The notes: generated by a model not told the origin, from the letters alone. A stretch of 64,000 nt of DNA from Pirellulales bacterium (GCA_963733035.1 CAVTBU010000009.1:96001-160000), one strand, 5' to 3'; positions 42,210 to 51,597 are shown, counted from the stretch's first letter. Made by a program: numbers and translations.

Positions 42210-43604
42210 ATGAGCCAAGATGCATCACGCGGCCCTTCGCGCCGTGAATTCCTGCAGAACACCGGCCGTGCGGCCGCTGCCACGGCCCTGGTATCGATGG
42301 CCGTTCCAATGGTCCATGCCGCCGAGGACAACACGCTGCAATTGGCGCTGATCGGCTGCGGCGGGCGCGGGGGCGGAGCCGCGGACAACGCGCTATCGGT
42401 GACAGCCGAATCGCCTGTGAAACTGGTGGCGATGGCCGACGTGTTTCACGACCGGCTCGATACGGCTTACAACGCGCTGTCGAACCGACATCAAGACAAG
42501 GTGGAAGTGCCAGACGAGCGAAAGTTCATCGGCTTCGATGCCTACAAGAACGCGATGGACTGCCTCAAGCCGGGCGACGTCGCAATCTTTGCCACGCCGC
42601 CGGCGTTTCGCTGGGTGCATTTCAAGTATGCGATCGAGAAGGGCTTGAACGTCTTCATGGAGAAGCCGGTGACGGTCGACGGCCCGACGTCGCGCAAGAT
42701 GTTCGCGCTGGCCGAGGAAGCCGACAAGAAGAACCTGAAGGTGGGTGTGGGCCTGATGTGCCGACACTGTTTGGCCCGCAACGAGCTGTTCGATCGCATC
42801 CAGAACGGCGAGATCGGTCAGATCACACTGCTGCGCGGCTATCGCATGCACCCGCCCGTGGGCTCGGCGTTCACCAAGCGAATGCCGGAAGGGGAGAACG
42901 AGCTGGAATGGCAGATTCGCAACTTCCACAGCTTCTTGTGGTCGAGCGGCGGCTGCTACAGCGACTTCTACATCCACAACATCGACGAGTGCTGCTGGAT
43001 GAAGAACTCCTGGCCAGTGAAGGCCCAGGCCTTGGGCGGCCGCCACTATCGGGGCGACTACATCGACCAGAACTTCGACGTGTACGCGGTCGAATACACG
43101 TTTGACGACGGAGCGAAGCTCTATTTCGACGGCCGCACGATGGCCGGCGCCATGCAGCAGTTTGCCAGCCAGGCCCACGGCACCAAAGGTTCGGCCCATA
43201 TTTCGGGCCCGGGCCACGCTCCGGCCAAGTGCAAGATCTTCCGCGACCAGAACATCACCCGTCGCGGCGGCGACATCGCCTGGGCCTACTCCCAGCACGA
43301 ACCTAGCCCCTACGAGCTGGAATGGATCGACCTGTACCAGGCGATTCACCAGGACCGGCCCTACAACGAGGTGGTCCGCGGCACCCAGGCCAGCCTGGTG
43401 ACGTCGATGGGCCGCATGGCCGCTCACACCGGCCGCGAAGTGACCTACGACGAGATCCTCAACTCCGAACACGAATTCGCGCCGTCGGTCGATCAGTTGG
43501 TGCTCGGCGGCGAGGCGCCCATCAAGGCCGATTCGCAAGGCAAGTACCCGGTTCCGCAGCCGGGCATCACAACCGATCGCGAGTTCCCTGCTGCAACCTC
43601 GTGA
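42210..43604 (+). CDS. Gfo/Idh/MocA oxidoreductase with Tat signal
   Basis: SRREFL; IGCGGRG, ATPPAFR, EKP and IHNID motifs. Confidence 0.93.
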   Translation: MSQDASRGPSRREFLQNTGRAAAATALVSMAVPMVHAAEDNTLQLALIGCGGRGGGAADNALSVTAESPVKLVAMADVFHDRLDTAYNALSNRHQDKVEVPDERKFIGFDAYKNAMDCLKPGDVAIFATPPAFRWVHFKYAIEKGLNVFMEKPVTVDGPTSRKMFALAEEADKKNLKVGVGLMCRHCLARNELFDRIQNGEIGQITLLRGYRMHPPVGSAFTKRMPEGENELEWQIRNFHSFLWSSGGCYSDFYIHNIDECCWMKNSWPVKAQALGGRHYRGDYIDQNFDVYAVEYTFDDGAKLYFDGRTMAGAMQQFASQAHGTKGSAHISGPGHAPAKCKIFRDQNITRRGGDIAWAYSQHEPSPYELEWIDLYQAIHQDRPYNEVVRGTQASLVTSMGRMAAHTGREVTYDEILNSEHEFAPSVDQLVLGGEAPIKADSQGKYPVPQPGITTDREFPAATS

Positions 43605-43626
43605 GTTGAAACGTCAACACGATAGG

Positions 43627-43665
43627 ACAGCCCCGCGAGAAGCGTTTCTCCGGGGCTGTTTTTTT
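43627..43665 (+). terminator. Rho-independent terminator
   Basis: ACAGCCCCGcGAGAA-gcgt-TTCTCCGGGGCTGT followed by a T-run. Confidence 0.8.
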
Positions 43666-43702
43666 GCGCGCGTCCCGAACGCGATCGGTCGAACGGCACG
43701 AC

Positions 43703-44899
43703 TCAGAACCAAGTGCTGAGTAGTTCTCCCACGGCCAGGCCGATGGCGGTGCCGATGGTGTAACCCCAGATACCAACCAACAGGGCCGGTAGCACAAGCT
43801 TCGACCAGCCCATGGAGATGGCCATCGCCGCGGCACTCGGGGGGCCGCCGAGCGTGGCATTGACCGAGAGGGCCAGGTGCTCAAGGTTCATTCGCAACAG
43901 TTTGCCGGCGGCAAAGGTGACCGCCAGATTCACCAACGCCATGATCAGGCAGAAGATGAACATCATGGGCACCTTCGTAAAAACGGTGTAGAGATCGGCC
44001 GGCAAGCCGATCGAGAACAGGTACACGTAGAGCAGATAACCTCCCATTTCTTCGGCACCGTTGAGTTTTCCTAGCGGGCGGCTGGCAACGGTGGCAATGA
44101 GGGTGGCCCAAATGGTGATGTGGATGTAACTGTTACTGAGCAGCTTCGCGGCCACCGAGGCTTCGCTGCCGGAAGCCACGAACTGATGTTCCACCAAGGC
44201 GGCCGTTGCTTTGGCGAGCGCCACGATGGCGGTGGCCACGGCTAGCGAACTCGCGATATCGAGCAGCGAGATTCCTTTGCGTCCCCAGTGCTCGGCGGCG
44301 AGCGAGCGGCTGTCGACGGCGTCGACCGAATCGGGATGCGGATAGAACTTGCGAACCCATTTGCTGTTGCAGAGCAATAGCAGTGTGATGAACATGCCGG
44401 CCATGATGAAGTTATCGGCGACCAACAGCGGACCGGTCACGTCGCCCGTCACGCGGTACGATGCCGCGACGGCCGAGAAATTCACGCTGCCGCCGATGTA
44501 ACTGCCGGTCATGATGCCGCCGACCTGCGATGTGTCCGGCACGTGTGAATGCAGCATCGCCGCGGCTGCAATCGCTCCGGCAACCGTTCCGGCCGCGGAA
44601 AGGTGAAACGCAATAAACAGCCAGCCAGTGGTCCGCGCTATGTAGAACACGTTGGCGCGAAACAATAGCAGCGGAATCGCCAGCGGCACAAGCTGGTCGG
44701 TGATGACGTCGTACACTGGTGCCGTTGGCGGCATCAACCGCAGATTGGCCAGCGCCATCGCAATGCACAAGGCGAGGACTGGGCCACTGAGCCTGGCGGC
44801 CCAGGAGTAGGTTTGTTCGAGCCAGATGCTCAGCGCCACGCCGCCCAATATTACGGCCCACAACAGCCACGTGTCGTCGGGCTTGATGAGTGTTTCCAT
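43703..44899 (-). CDS. DUF819 family membrane protein
   Basis: Multi-TM; PLAIPLLLF, GSYIGGSVNF, ADN, NATLGGP and GIWGYTIGT motifs. Confidence 0.85.
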   Translation of the reverse strand: METLIKPDDTWLLWAVILGGVALSIWLEQTYSWAARLSGPVLALCIAMALANLRLMPPTAPVYDVITDQLVPLAIPLLLFRANVFYIARTTGWLFIAFHLSAAGTVAGAIAAAAMLHSHVPDTSQVGGIMTGSYIGGSVNFSAVAASYRVTGDVTGPLLVADNFIMAGMFITLLLLCNSKWVRKFYPHPDSVDAVDSRSLAAEHWGRKGISLLDIASSLAVATAIVALAKATAALVEHQFVASGSEASVAAKLLSNSYIHITIWATLIATVASRPLGKLNGAEEMGGYLLYVYLFSIGLPADLYTVFTKVPMMFIFCLIMALVNLAVTFAAGKLLRMNLEHLALSVNATLGGPPSAAAMAISMGWSKLVLPALLVGIWGYTIGTAIGLAVGELLSTWF

Positions 44900-44922
44900 G
44901 CGGAATTCAGGCGCCCAACCGA

Positions 44923-46638
44923 CTAATCGAAACGACGAGGGAGGTATTGGTTCGCCATGATCGCGCCTGTGCAATTGCCGGCCGAATCGAGTTGAAACAC
45001 GACTTGCTCGTCGGCGTACATGCCCGGCGGCAGCGCAAATGTCACGCGGTTCAGCGGTGTCAGGCGATAGTCGTACTCGTTTTCAACCGTGGCATACAGA
45101 TGGCCGTGGCGAATCGAAACCACCAGCGGAATGAACTCGGGCCCGTACTTCCCGACGAGTGCCTGCCAAGCGGCGGGGGACTTGTCGGTGTTGCTCACCC
45201 GCGTGAAGGTCTGCCCGGCCGCGGCGAAGCCGGTCACTTCGCCGGCCGCCGATTTGGAGAACACAAACGGGCTGCGGCTCATGATGCGGCCGTCGGCCAG
45301 GAATTCGAGCGGCGCGGTGGCTTCCAGGCGGATCGGTTGCCCCGAAAGCTGGCCGACGAGTGATTGCCCGGCAACTTCCAAATGCGCCCAGTAGCTGGTG
45401 GACTCGTAGTCGCCGGCGAGTTCAGCCAGCTCGGTGCTGCTTACTTCGACGATCGGCTCGGGCTCGGGGATCTTTTCGCCGCGGAGCCGTTCGAGCAGCA
45501 AGTCGAGCGAGAGATCTGCCAGCCGCCGCACTGGAGCCATGGCGATGTCGGCATTCGACAAGACCAGCGCGCCGATCCGCTCGTCTGGAATTACGATCAA
45601 GGTTGTGGTGAAACCGTAAACTGCACCGCTGTGCTGAATTGTCTTGCGACCGCGATACTGGCCGACATGGAAGCCGAGTCCGAAACCCGTTTCGTCATCG
45701 ATCAGTTGCGGCGTGCACATCATTTCGAGCGAAGCCGGGTGCATGAGCGGCGGGTTCAATTCGGCCGAAGCATCGCCCCCCAGCATAAAAATAGCGAACC
45801 TCGCCAGGTCCTTGGCCGTGGTGTACAGGTTGCCGGCGGGCTGGGTGCCGAGTTCGAACTCGGGGGCCGCCTCGAAATAGTACTCGCCGTCGCCGCGGGC
45901 GATTCGCATTCGCCCCTTGGCCAGACGCGCACGCAACTCGTCGTTCATTGTCCAGGCGGAACTCGTCATACCGAGCGGACCGAGAACATGCTGCTGTTGA
46001 TACTCGGGGTAGGGGAGCCCGCTCTGGGCGACGACGGCCGCGCCGGCGATCGTGGGACCGACGTTCGAATAGCGAGTTTTCGTGTTCGGCGGATTGACGA
46101 GCGCGCAACCGGCTACGCTCGCGAGCGTCGCCTCGATCGTCGGCTGACTCGGATCAAGGTAACCGCCCACCGGCGCCTCGCGAACCATGCCCGAGCGATG
46201 GCAGAGCAGCTGCCGCAACGTGATCGGCCGTGTCTCTGCAAACGGCGAGACGATCGAGAACTCTGGCAGCGCGGCCTGAATCGGAGCATCCAGGTCGAGC
46301 TTGTCCTGTTCGACAAGCTGTACGACGGAGACGGCATTGAAAAGCTTTGAAATCGAGCCGGCACGGTAGATCGTATCGAGGGTGGCGGGCTTGTTCGCAA
46401 TCCAATCGGCCAGACCATAGCCCGCGACGTGCACAATCTGGCCGTCGACCACCCAGGCCACGCAGCAGCCGGGCAGGATTCCGTGTGCAAGTTCATCCGC
46501 AGCGGCTTGGGCAAAACGCTTTTGCAGCGGTGCGTAGTCGACGGTCTTTTCATCAGCCCGGACAGATGTTGCGAGCGCGCCGACGATAAACGCAAATAGC
46601 GCGACGCAAGTGGCAGGGTGCGGCATGCTGCGAGTCAT
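44923..46638 (-). CDS. Serine hydrolase (beta-lactamase class C-like), secreted
   Basis: SISK (SxxK), LLCHRSG, YSN, PLGM and HSG motifs. Confidence 0.9.
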   Translation of the reverse strand: MTRSMPHPATCVALFAFIVGALATSVRADEKTVDYAPLQKRFAQAAADELAHGILPGCCVAWVVDGQIVHVAGYGLADWIANKPATLDTIYRAGSISKLFNAVSVVQLVEQDKLDLDAPIQAALPEFSIVSPFAETRPITLRQLLCHRSGMVREAPVGGYLDPSQPTIEATLASVAGCALVNPPNTKTRYSNVGPTIAGAAVVAQSGLPYPEYQQQHVLGPLGMTSSAWTMNDELRARLAKGRMRIARGDGEYYFEAAPEFELGTQPAGNLYTTAKDLARFAIFMLGGDASAELNPPLMHPASLEMMCTPQLIDDETGFGLGFHVGQYRGRKTIQHSGAVYGFTTTLIVIPDERIGALVLSNADIAMAPVRRLADLSLDLLLERLRGEKIPEPEPIVEVSSTELAELAGDYESTSYWAHLEVAGQSLVGQLSGQPIRLEATAPLEFLADGRIMSRSPFVFSKSAAGEVTGFAAAGQTFTRVSNTDKSPAAWQALVGKYGPEFIPLVVSIRHGHLYATVENEYDYRLTPLNRVTFALPPGMYADEQVVFQLDSAGNCTGAIMANQYLPRRFD

Positions 46639-46690
46639 GGTGCAGGACCGGTTTGGGTGGATCAATGCGCCGCCCGTGCAAATCCACCGG

Positions 46691-47858
46691 CTAGAGCACT
46701 CGGCCAAGCCCGTCGACCAACTGGTCGATCATGGACCGCGTGTGCGTGGCAAAAACGGCGACGCGCAGCATACCATCGGGCCCTGCGCCTGCATAGTTGC
46801 GGGTGTAGGCGATGGCGATACCAGCCGCGAGCAACTGCTGCTGAACGCGCTGCATGTCGGCGGCATTTTCGAGGCGGAAGCTAATGATGGGTGTCGGCCA
46901 GGGTTCAATCTCCAAGCCAAGGTCTCGCAAGGCGTCGCGCGCGTATTTGGCATTGTCCGCTAACTGCGACCTTAGGGCCGGCTCGGTCTGTATGATCTCC
47001 AGCGCCCTGGCCGTTGCGGCGGCGACGGGAGCGGCCGGCGCGCTTGCGCCGCGAAACCAGCCACTCGACTGGCGCACGTCGCTCAGGAATTCGCGCGTGC
47101 CGACGATCGCGCCGCCCTGACCGCCGACGGCTTTGCTCAGCGTCGTGGTGTGGTAGACGGCCGTGCGCTCGACTGCCGGCGCAGACGCGTTAATTCGCTG
47201 CGGCGCGACGCCCGCCAGTTCCAAGCTGCCGCGACCGCCGCTGCCGAGGACGGCCATGCCATGCGCATCATCCACGAGCAACATGGCACCCTGATAGGCA
47301 TCGAGGATCGATAGATAGTCGCCAAGCGGCGCCAACCGGCCACTAGCGGCGAATACACCGTCGGTCATCACCAGCGGGCGCTGGCCTGGGTGCAGTTCGT
47401 GGCGCAAGCAATTCCGACATGTGCTGGGGATCGCGATGCCGAAACGCCAGCGGTGGACGGCTTAGCTCGGTCAGCCAATGCGTAGCCTCGCGCAGACAAT
47501 CGTGTGCCGACTCATCGATGAGTACCAGATCCACGAACTTGCTGAGCGCCGCTGCCAGGGCAAAATTCACGGCGTAGCCACTGACCAGGTAGCAGCACTC
47601 CTCGGCACCGAGAAACGTTGCCGTGCGCCGCTCGACTTCGAGAACTGGGGGACTAGTTCCATAGCCGCTGCGCGTGGTGGCCGTATGAATGCCGTACTTG
47701 ACACACGCCTGTTCGGCCGCCGCGATGACGGCCGGATGGCCTTGCAATGCCAGGTAGCCGGTGCCGGCGAAATACAAACATTCGCGGCCGCTCAACCATG
47801 CGTGCGTTGCCGGCGCCGATTCCATCAGGGGGAAATCATCTGAGGCCGGACGGGACAT
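46691..47858 (-). CDS. Class I/II PLP aminotransferase (8-amino-7-oxononanoate synthase-like), frameshifted near 47405
   Basis: N-half: FAGTGYLAL, SGYAVN, DESAH, FRHRD. C-half: TDGVF, VDDAHG, TLSKAVG (PLP Lys), LRVAV. Confidence 0.83.
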
Positions 47859-47974
47859 GGTCTGCTGCTGGCGAAGGACCGAATGTTGCTGCGGCCACGA
47901 TTTTAGCCCGGAATGAGACCTGGATAGTCTCAAATGATCCCCCGAGGCCGGAATTAATCAGGGATGGGAGGGTA

Positions 47975-48040
47975 TTGACTTGGTGATTTGGGTAATTAGG
48001 GTGGATTCTTACTGCGATCGACTCTGATACGCTGCGCAGC
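47975..48040 (+). promoter_or_regulatory. Sigma70-like promoter plus GCTGCGCAGC palindrome upstream of small protein A
   Basis: TTGACT(47975)-N16-TAGGGT(47997); palindrome at 48031-48040. Confidence 0.45.
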
Positions 48041-48142
48041 ACTTCGAGTCGCAAGCACCCGGTTTCCGCCCACGTTGGAAAATCCTTCGTTGGGCTCGTT
48101 ATCTCATTGCCCCACTGCGACTTTTGACGAGGATTTCCCCCT

Positions 48143-48571
48143 ATGAAGAACATTCTGATTCCCTGTGCCGCGTTGGCGCTGGTCTGTGGTCTGATTTCCG
48201 TGTCGACGGCGGGCGAACCCGCTGCCATTTCCGACTCAACGCTCGGCAGCATGGGCTTGGGCGGCATGCAGAAGATGTCGGATACCGATGGCCTTTTGGT
48301 CCGTGGTAAGGGCTACACCGGCTACGGCGGTGGCACCTCGGCCTCCGTTTGGGGCGGGAGCAGCGCCAACTGGTACGGTGGCCAGTCGTCGAACAACAAC
48401 TATGAAGCCAGCTCGTCGTGGTTGGGCCACGGCTCGTCGGCCACGGGTGGCAGCCTGAGCTTCGCCGGCAAGATCCAGGGCAGTTACGCGGCCGACCCGA
48501 CCGGTTCGGCTCTGTCGCTCACGATTTGCGGTGGTTTCGCCGGTGGCGGGGCCTTCGCGATTGCTCATTAA
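48143..48571 (+). CDS. Small secreted Gly/Ser-rich protein A (candidate fibre/amyloid or peptide precursor)
   Basis: Sec signal (..VSTA), pro-motif LGSMGLGGMQKMSDTDGLLVRGKG, G/S/N/W-rich core; paralog of the next two ORFs. Confidence 0.85.
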   Translation: MKNILIPCAALALVCGLISVSTAGEPAAISDSTLGSMGLGGMQKMSDTDGLLVRGKGYTGYGGGTSASVWGGSSANWYGGQSSNNNYEASSSWLGHGSSATGGSLSFAGKIQGSYAADPTGSALSLTICGGFAGGGAFAIAH

Positions 48572-48606
48572 CCCAGTCTCGGTCCCAACGCCGACCTCAC
48601 TCTTCG

Positions 48607-48646
48607 AAGACCTGGTTGCCCCCCGCTCGGCAGCCAGGTCTTTTTT
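48607..48646 (+). terminator. Rho-independent terminator after gene A
   Basis: AAGACCTGGTTGCC-ccccgctc-GGCAGCCAGGTCTT followed by TTTT. Confidence 0.85.
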
Positions 48647-48769
48647 AATTGGATTTGCCAAAAACATGCGGGCTTGGGGAACATTTGGACGCTGAAACGC
48701 CGGTTTTTGGCAGCGAGCAGGTGCTGTTGGAGAACTAGTGAAGATAGTAGGAATATACCGATCACCCTG

Positions 48770-48823
48770 TTGACAATGGTTTTAGCGGCAATTAGTCTGC
48801 TACTCGATTGGTCGCTGCGCAGC
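48770..48823 (+). promoter_or_regulatory. Sigma70-like promoter plus GCTGCGCAGC palindrome upstream of small protein B
   Basis: TTGACA(48770)-N17-TAGTCT(48793); palindrome at 48814-48823. Confidence 0.55.
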
Positions 48824-48959
48824 ATCAATCCGGTTTGACAGTCGAGGCCAGCAGGCCGCTGTTGAACGCGTTTTCCCTCATTTTGCCAGGCGCATGCCAG
48901 CCATGTCGCCACCTTCGGGGGATGTCTAGCTACGGTGATTCCACTTTCATGAGGACACA

Positions 48960-49355
48960 ATGATGAAGCACGTTGCAATTGCTTGTGCGGCAGTGATGTT
49001 GTTTGCTGCCACGGCGACGGCTGCCGAGCCGGTTGCCAAGTCGACCCTCAGCAGCATGGGCCTGGGCGGGATGCAGCAGATGTCGGACAACGACGGTCTG
49101 GCTGTCCGCGGTAAGGGTACGTTCGCCCACGTATGGGGCGGAAGCCAGGCGAATTGGTACGGCGGTCAGTCGTCGACCAACAACTACAATGCAGGCGCCC
49201 AGTGGCTCGGCAAGAGCTCGACCGCCGTTGGCGGTAGCTTGAGCTTTGCTGGCAAGCTGCAGGTCAGCGGTGCCGCCGATCCGACCGGCTTCGCCATCCA
49301 AGGCCAATTGGGTGTTGGCTTCGCCGGTGGTGCGGCGTTCGCCAAGGCTTGGTAA
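48960..49355 (+). CDS. Small secreted Gly/Ser-rich protein B
   Basis: GAGGA RBS; Sec signal (..ATATA); LSSMGLGGMQQMSDNDGLAVRGKG; core collinear with A. Confidence 0.87.
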   Translation: MMKHVAIACAAVMLFAATATAAEPVAKSTLSSMGLGGMQQMSDNDGLAVRGKGTFAHVWGGSQANWYGGQSSTNNYNAGAQWLGKSSTAVGGSLSFAGKLQVSGAADPTGFAIQGQLGVGFAGGAAFAKAW

Positions 49356-49404
49356 CAAGCGGAATCGCTTGCTCATTGCGGCAAGTGCTCCCGTCTTTGC
49401 ACAA

Positions 49405-49451
49405 GCTGGCCCTGTCGTCGAATAGTCGGTGACAGGGCCAGCCCCTTTTTT
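49405..49451 (+). terminator. Rho-independent terminator between genes B and C
   Basis: GCTGGCCCTGTCGTCGA-atag-TCGGTGACAGGGCCAGC ccc TTTTTT. Confidence 0.8.
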
Positions 49452-49464
49452 CAGCGAGGCCTCG

Positions 49465-49794
49465 ATGACAAAGATCTTCGTGTTAACGATCGCCCTGGTG
49501 ATTTCGTGCAGTGCAATTGCGGTGGCGGCCGATCAAGCCGTCTCCGCCGCGACGCTGGGAGCGATGGGCATCGGCCAGATGCAACCGCTGTCGGACGAAG
49601 ATGGCCTGGCCGTACGCGGTAAAGGCACTTTCGCCAACGTCTGGGGTTTTAGCCAGGCGAGGTGGGGCGGCCAATCGTCGTCGAACAACTACTCGGCCGG
49701 TTCCAGCTGGTTGGGACAGAGTTCTTCGGCATTGGGAGGAAGCCTAAGCTTTGGTGGGAAGGCGCAACTCGGCTTTGGTCATTTCGGTTGGTAA
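49465..49794 (+). CDS. Small secreted Gly/Ser-rich protein C (short paralog)
   Basis: GAGG then ATG 49465; Sec signal (..AIAVA); LGAMGIGQMQPLSDEDGLAVRGKG; lacks the C-terminal AADPTG segment of A and B. Confidence 0.83.
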   Translation: MTKIFVLTIALVISCSAIAVAADQAVSAATLGAMGIGQMQPLSDEDGLAVRGKGTFANVWGFSQARWGGQSSSNNYSAGSSWLGQSSSALGGSLSFGGKAQLGFGHFGW

Positions 49795-49822
49795 CGACCA
49801 TCTGAGGACGCCAGTAAACGAC

Positions 49823-49865
49823 CGGGCCCTGTCCACCTGTAAAGTTGGACAGGGCCCGTTTTTTT
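49823..49865 (+). terminator. Rho-independent terminator after gene C
   Basis: CGGGCCCTGTCCA-cctgtaaagt-TGGACAGGGCCCG followed by TTTTTTT. Confidence 0.85.
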
Positions 49866-49882
49866 GCTTTCCGCAAGGTGCG

Positions 49883-51070
49883 CTAGTACATGATACCCGC
49901 ACCGATCGTCAGGCCCACGAGTTGGAACAATATGTCGCCAGCCTGAGTGGTGGCAAAGCTCGAAGCGGTTCCGCTGTTGGCGACCGACAGTGCTCCCGCG
50001 GCCACTCCGGCATTCGCGTCCCAGTATTGCCACTCGATGCCCGTGCGAAAGAACGCTCGGCCGGGAAGGCACCGCAAGCACGCATCCCATTGCAGTCCGG
50101 CACCGAGTTCCATGATGAACATGTCGCCGTTGCCCTTGGCCAGGGCGCCGTCGGTCGACTCAAAAAACCCGGAACCGTTGGCCGCTTGCGTGTTGGTTTG
50201 CGCGGTGGCAACGCCGTTGCCCCACAAGATCGAGTAGCGGTTGGTGAAATAGGCTTTGAGAGCCCCATCGTCGCAGAACAGCGGCCGCAGCCCCCACACT
50301 CCGAATGTCAAGCCGGCCCCGTTGAACTGCTGGCCGGCGTACGACATCGACTGCACGAGGTCGCTGCCAAACGTGTTCTGTGTCCATAAGCTGCGGTCGT
50401 TGTTTACCGAGGCGTACCGCGCTCCCAGGAATCCGTACATGTCCCAATTGTGCCAGCAGAAGCGGCGCTGCACCTCCAGGTCGACAGTATAGATGTTGAA
50501 CGTGTCGAACAGGATGACGCCACTCTGCACGGCGTCGGGGATTGCCGGAATAAAACCGTTTGCCGACGTCCCGGAGTTCCAGTAGCGGCCAACCAGCCCC
50601 CAGCACTCACCCATCACACCCATGGTGACTCGAGGCCCGACAAGGAGCCCACCTTCGACCGAACCGAGTGCCGAGTTGTTCACAATCGACACGTCGCCGA
50701 GGCTGTTCGAAAAACCATTGTTGAGAAAGTTGCGACTGATTTGCGGCCAAAAGAAGGTCGCCTCGATGCCCACGACGAACTGGCAACGCGGGCCGCAGCC
50801 GCCCGTGTAGCAAGTCGTGCACTGCCCTGGAAGCGGAGCCACGGCGCTTTGTGCTTCGGGCGTTTCAACCGGCTCCTGGGCATCCCAGCGGCTGGTAGGC
50901 ACTTGCGCCGGAGCGGGTGTCGCCGGCTGCACGGTTTGTTGCGCGGAAACCTGTTGGATGAGAGGCGGACGGAACACCGGTTCGGTGAAATCGTCGCCAT
51001 GAGCTGAGCCGGCGGCGGCACATCCAATCGCCGCGATCAGCGAGCAGAACCATTTTCGAGTTGTCTTCAT
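49883..51070 (-). CDS. Putative outer-membrane beta-barrel protein (planctomycete Lpg1974/BBP7-like)
   Basis: GAGGAG RBS; signal peptide; Pro/Gln-rich linker; Cys cluster CTTCYTGGCGPRC; amphipathic strands (GIEATFF, DLEVQRR, GARYASV, ELGAGLQW, TGIEWQYW); C-terminal GLTIGAGIMY. Confidence 0.72.
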   Translation of the reverse strand: MKTTRKWFCSLIAAIGCAAAGSAHGDDFTEPVFRPPLIQQVSAQQTVQPATPAPAQVPTSRWDAQEPVETPEAQSAVAPLPGQCTTCYTGGCGPRCQFVVGIEATFFWPQISRNFLNNGFSNSLGDVSIVNNSALGSVEGGLLVGPRVTMGVMGECWGLVGRYWNSGTSANGFIPAIPDAVQSGVILFDTFNIYTVDLEVQRRFCWHNWDMYGFLGARYASVNNDRSLWTQNTFGSDLVQSMSYAGQQFNGAGLTFGVWGLRPLFCDDGALKAYFTNRYSILWGNGVATAQTNTQAANGSGFFESTDGALAKGNGDMFIMELGAGLQWDACLRCLPGRAFFRTGIEWQYWDANAGVAAGALSVANSGTASSFATTQAGDILFQLVGLTIGAGIMY

Positions 51071-51377
51071 CTCCTCACCCCTCCTGGGAGAGCTGGTTGC
51101 CACGGCGGGCATCGCCAGCGAATGCGAACCGTATTTGTCTAATGTTCAGAACGCGCTTGGGTCGTCCACCGCTTCGAACGCCTCGGCCGGTCTTACCCCA
51201 TCCGACTTTGACGTTCGATCCCCGCGGCAAACCGCGAACCGGTGCAATGGCGCGAGGCGCCACCGCACTTTTCGTTGCACGTATCATCGTCCGCATGATC
51301 GGACGAATTGATGCCTCATGTCTTCGGCGGATCAACACTTACAACCGATACGCCCAGAATATGCGTTACGGCTGACG

Positions 51378-51597
51378 CAACCGTTACAGATTCCGCCGCA
51401 AGTAGTCTTCCGGCCGGACGCGTGAGATGCTGTCAACCCCCGGCGAGCAGCCGCAAGTCCAAGGGGCAAAAAGAGAAAGCTGCGTAATGCAGCCGTCTGT
51501 AAAGCTGGGGATCCTGGCGAAACTTTGGCGGCTCGTATGACTGTTCTCATTGTATGGGATATGGCGGTCGATCCAGTTCCAAGGGCTGTAACGGTTG
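51378..51597. promoter_or_regulatory. 12-bp inverted pair in the divergent promoter region
   Basis: CAACCGTTACAG (51378-51389) and CTGTAACGGTTG (51586-51597) are exact reverse complements. Confidence 0.5.

Noticed and set aside
48143..49794. A/B/C as classical RiPP precursors exported by a peptidase-containing ABC transporter
   Set aside because: They have Sec signals, the C39 has no ABC/TM domain, and no modifying enzymes (YcaO, LanM, radical SAM) are nearby. Kept only as a weaker alternative.
48143..49794. Direct FapC or CsgA orthologs
   Set aside because: The Asn/Gln-ladder repeats of FapC and CsgA are not visible, so no gene symbols were assigned.
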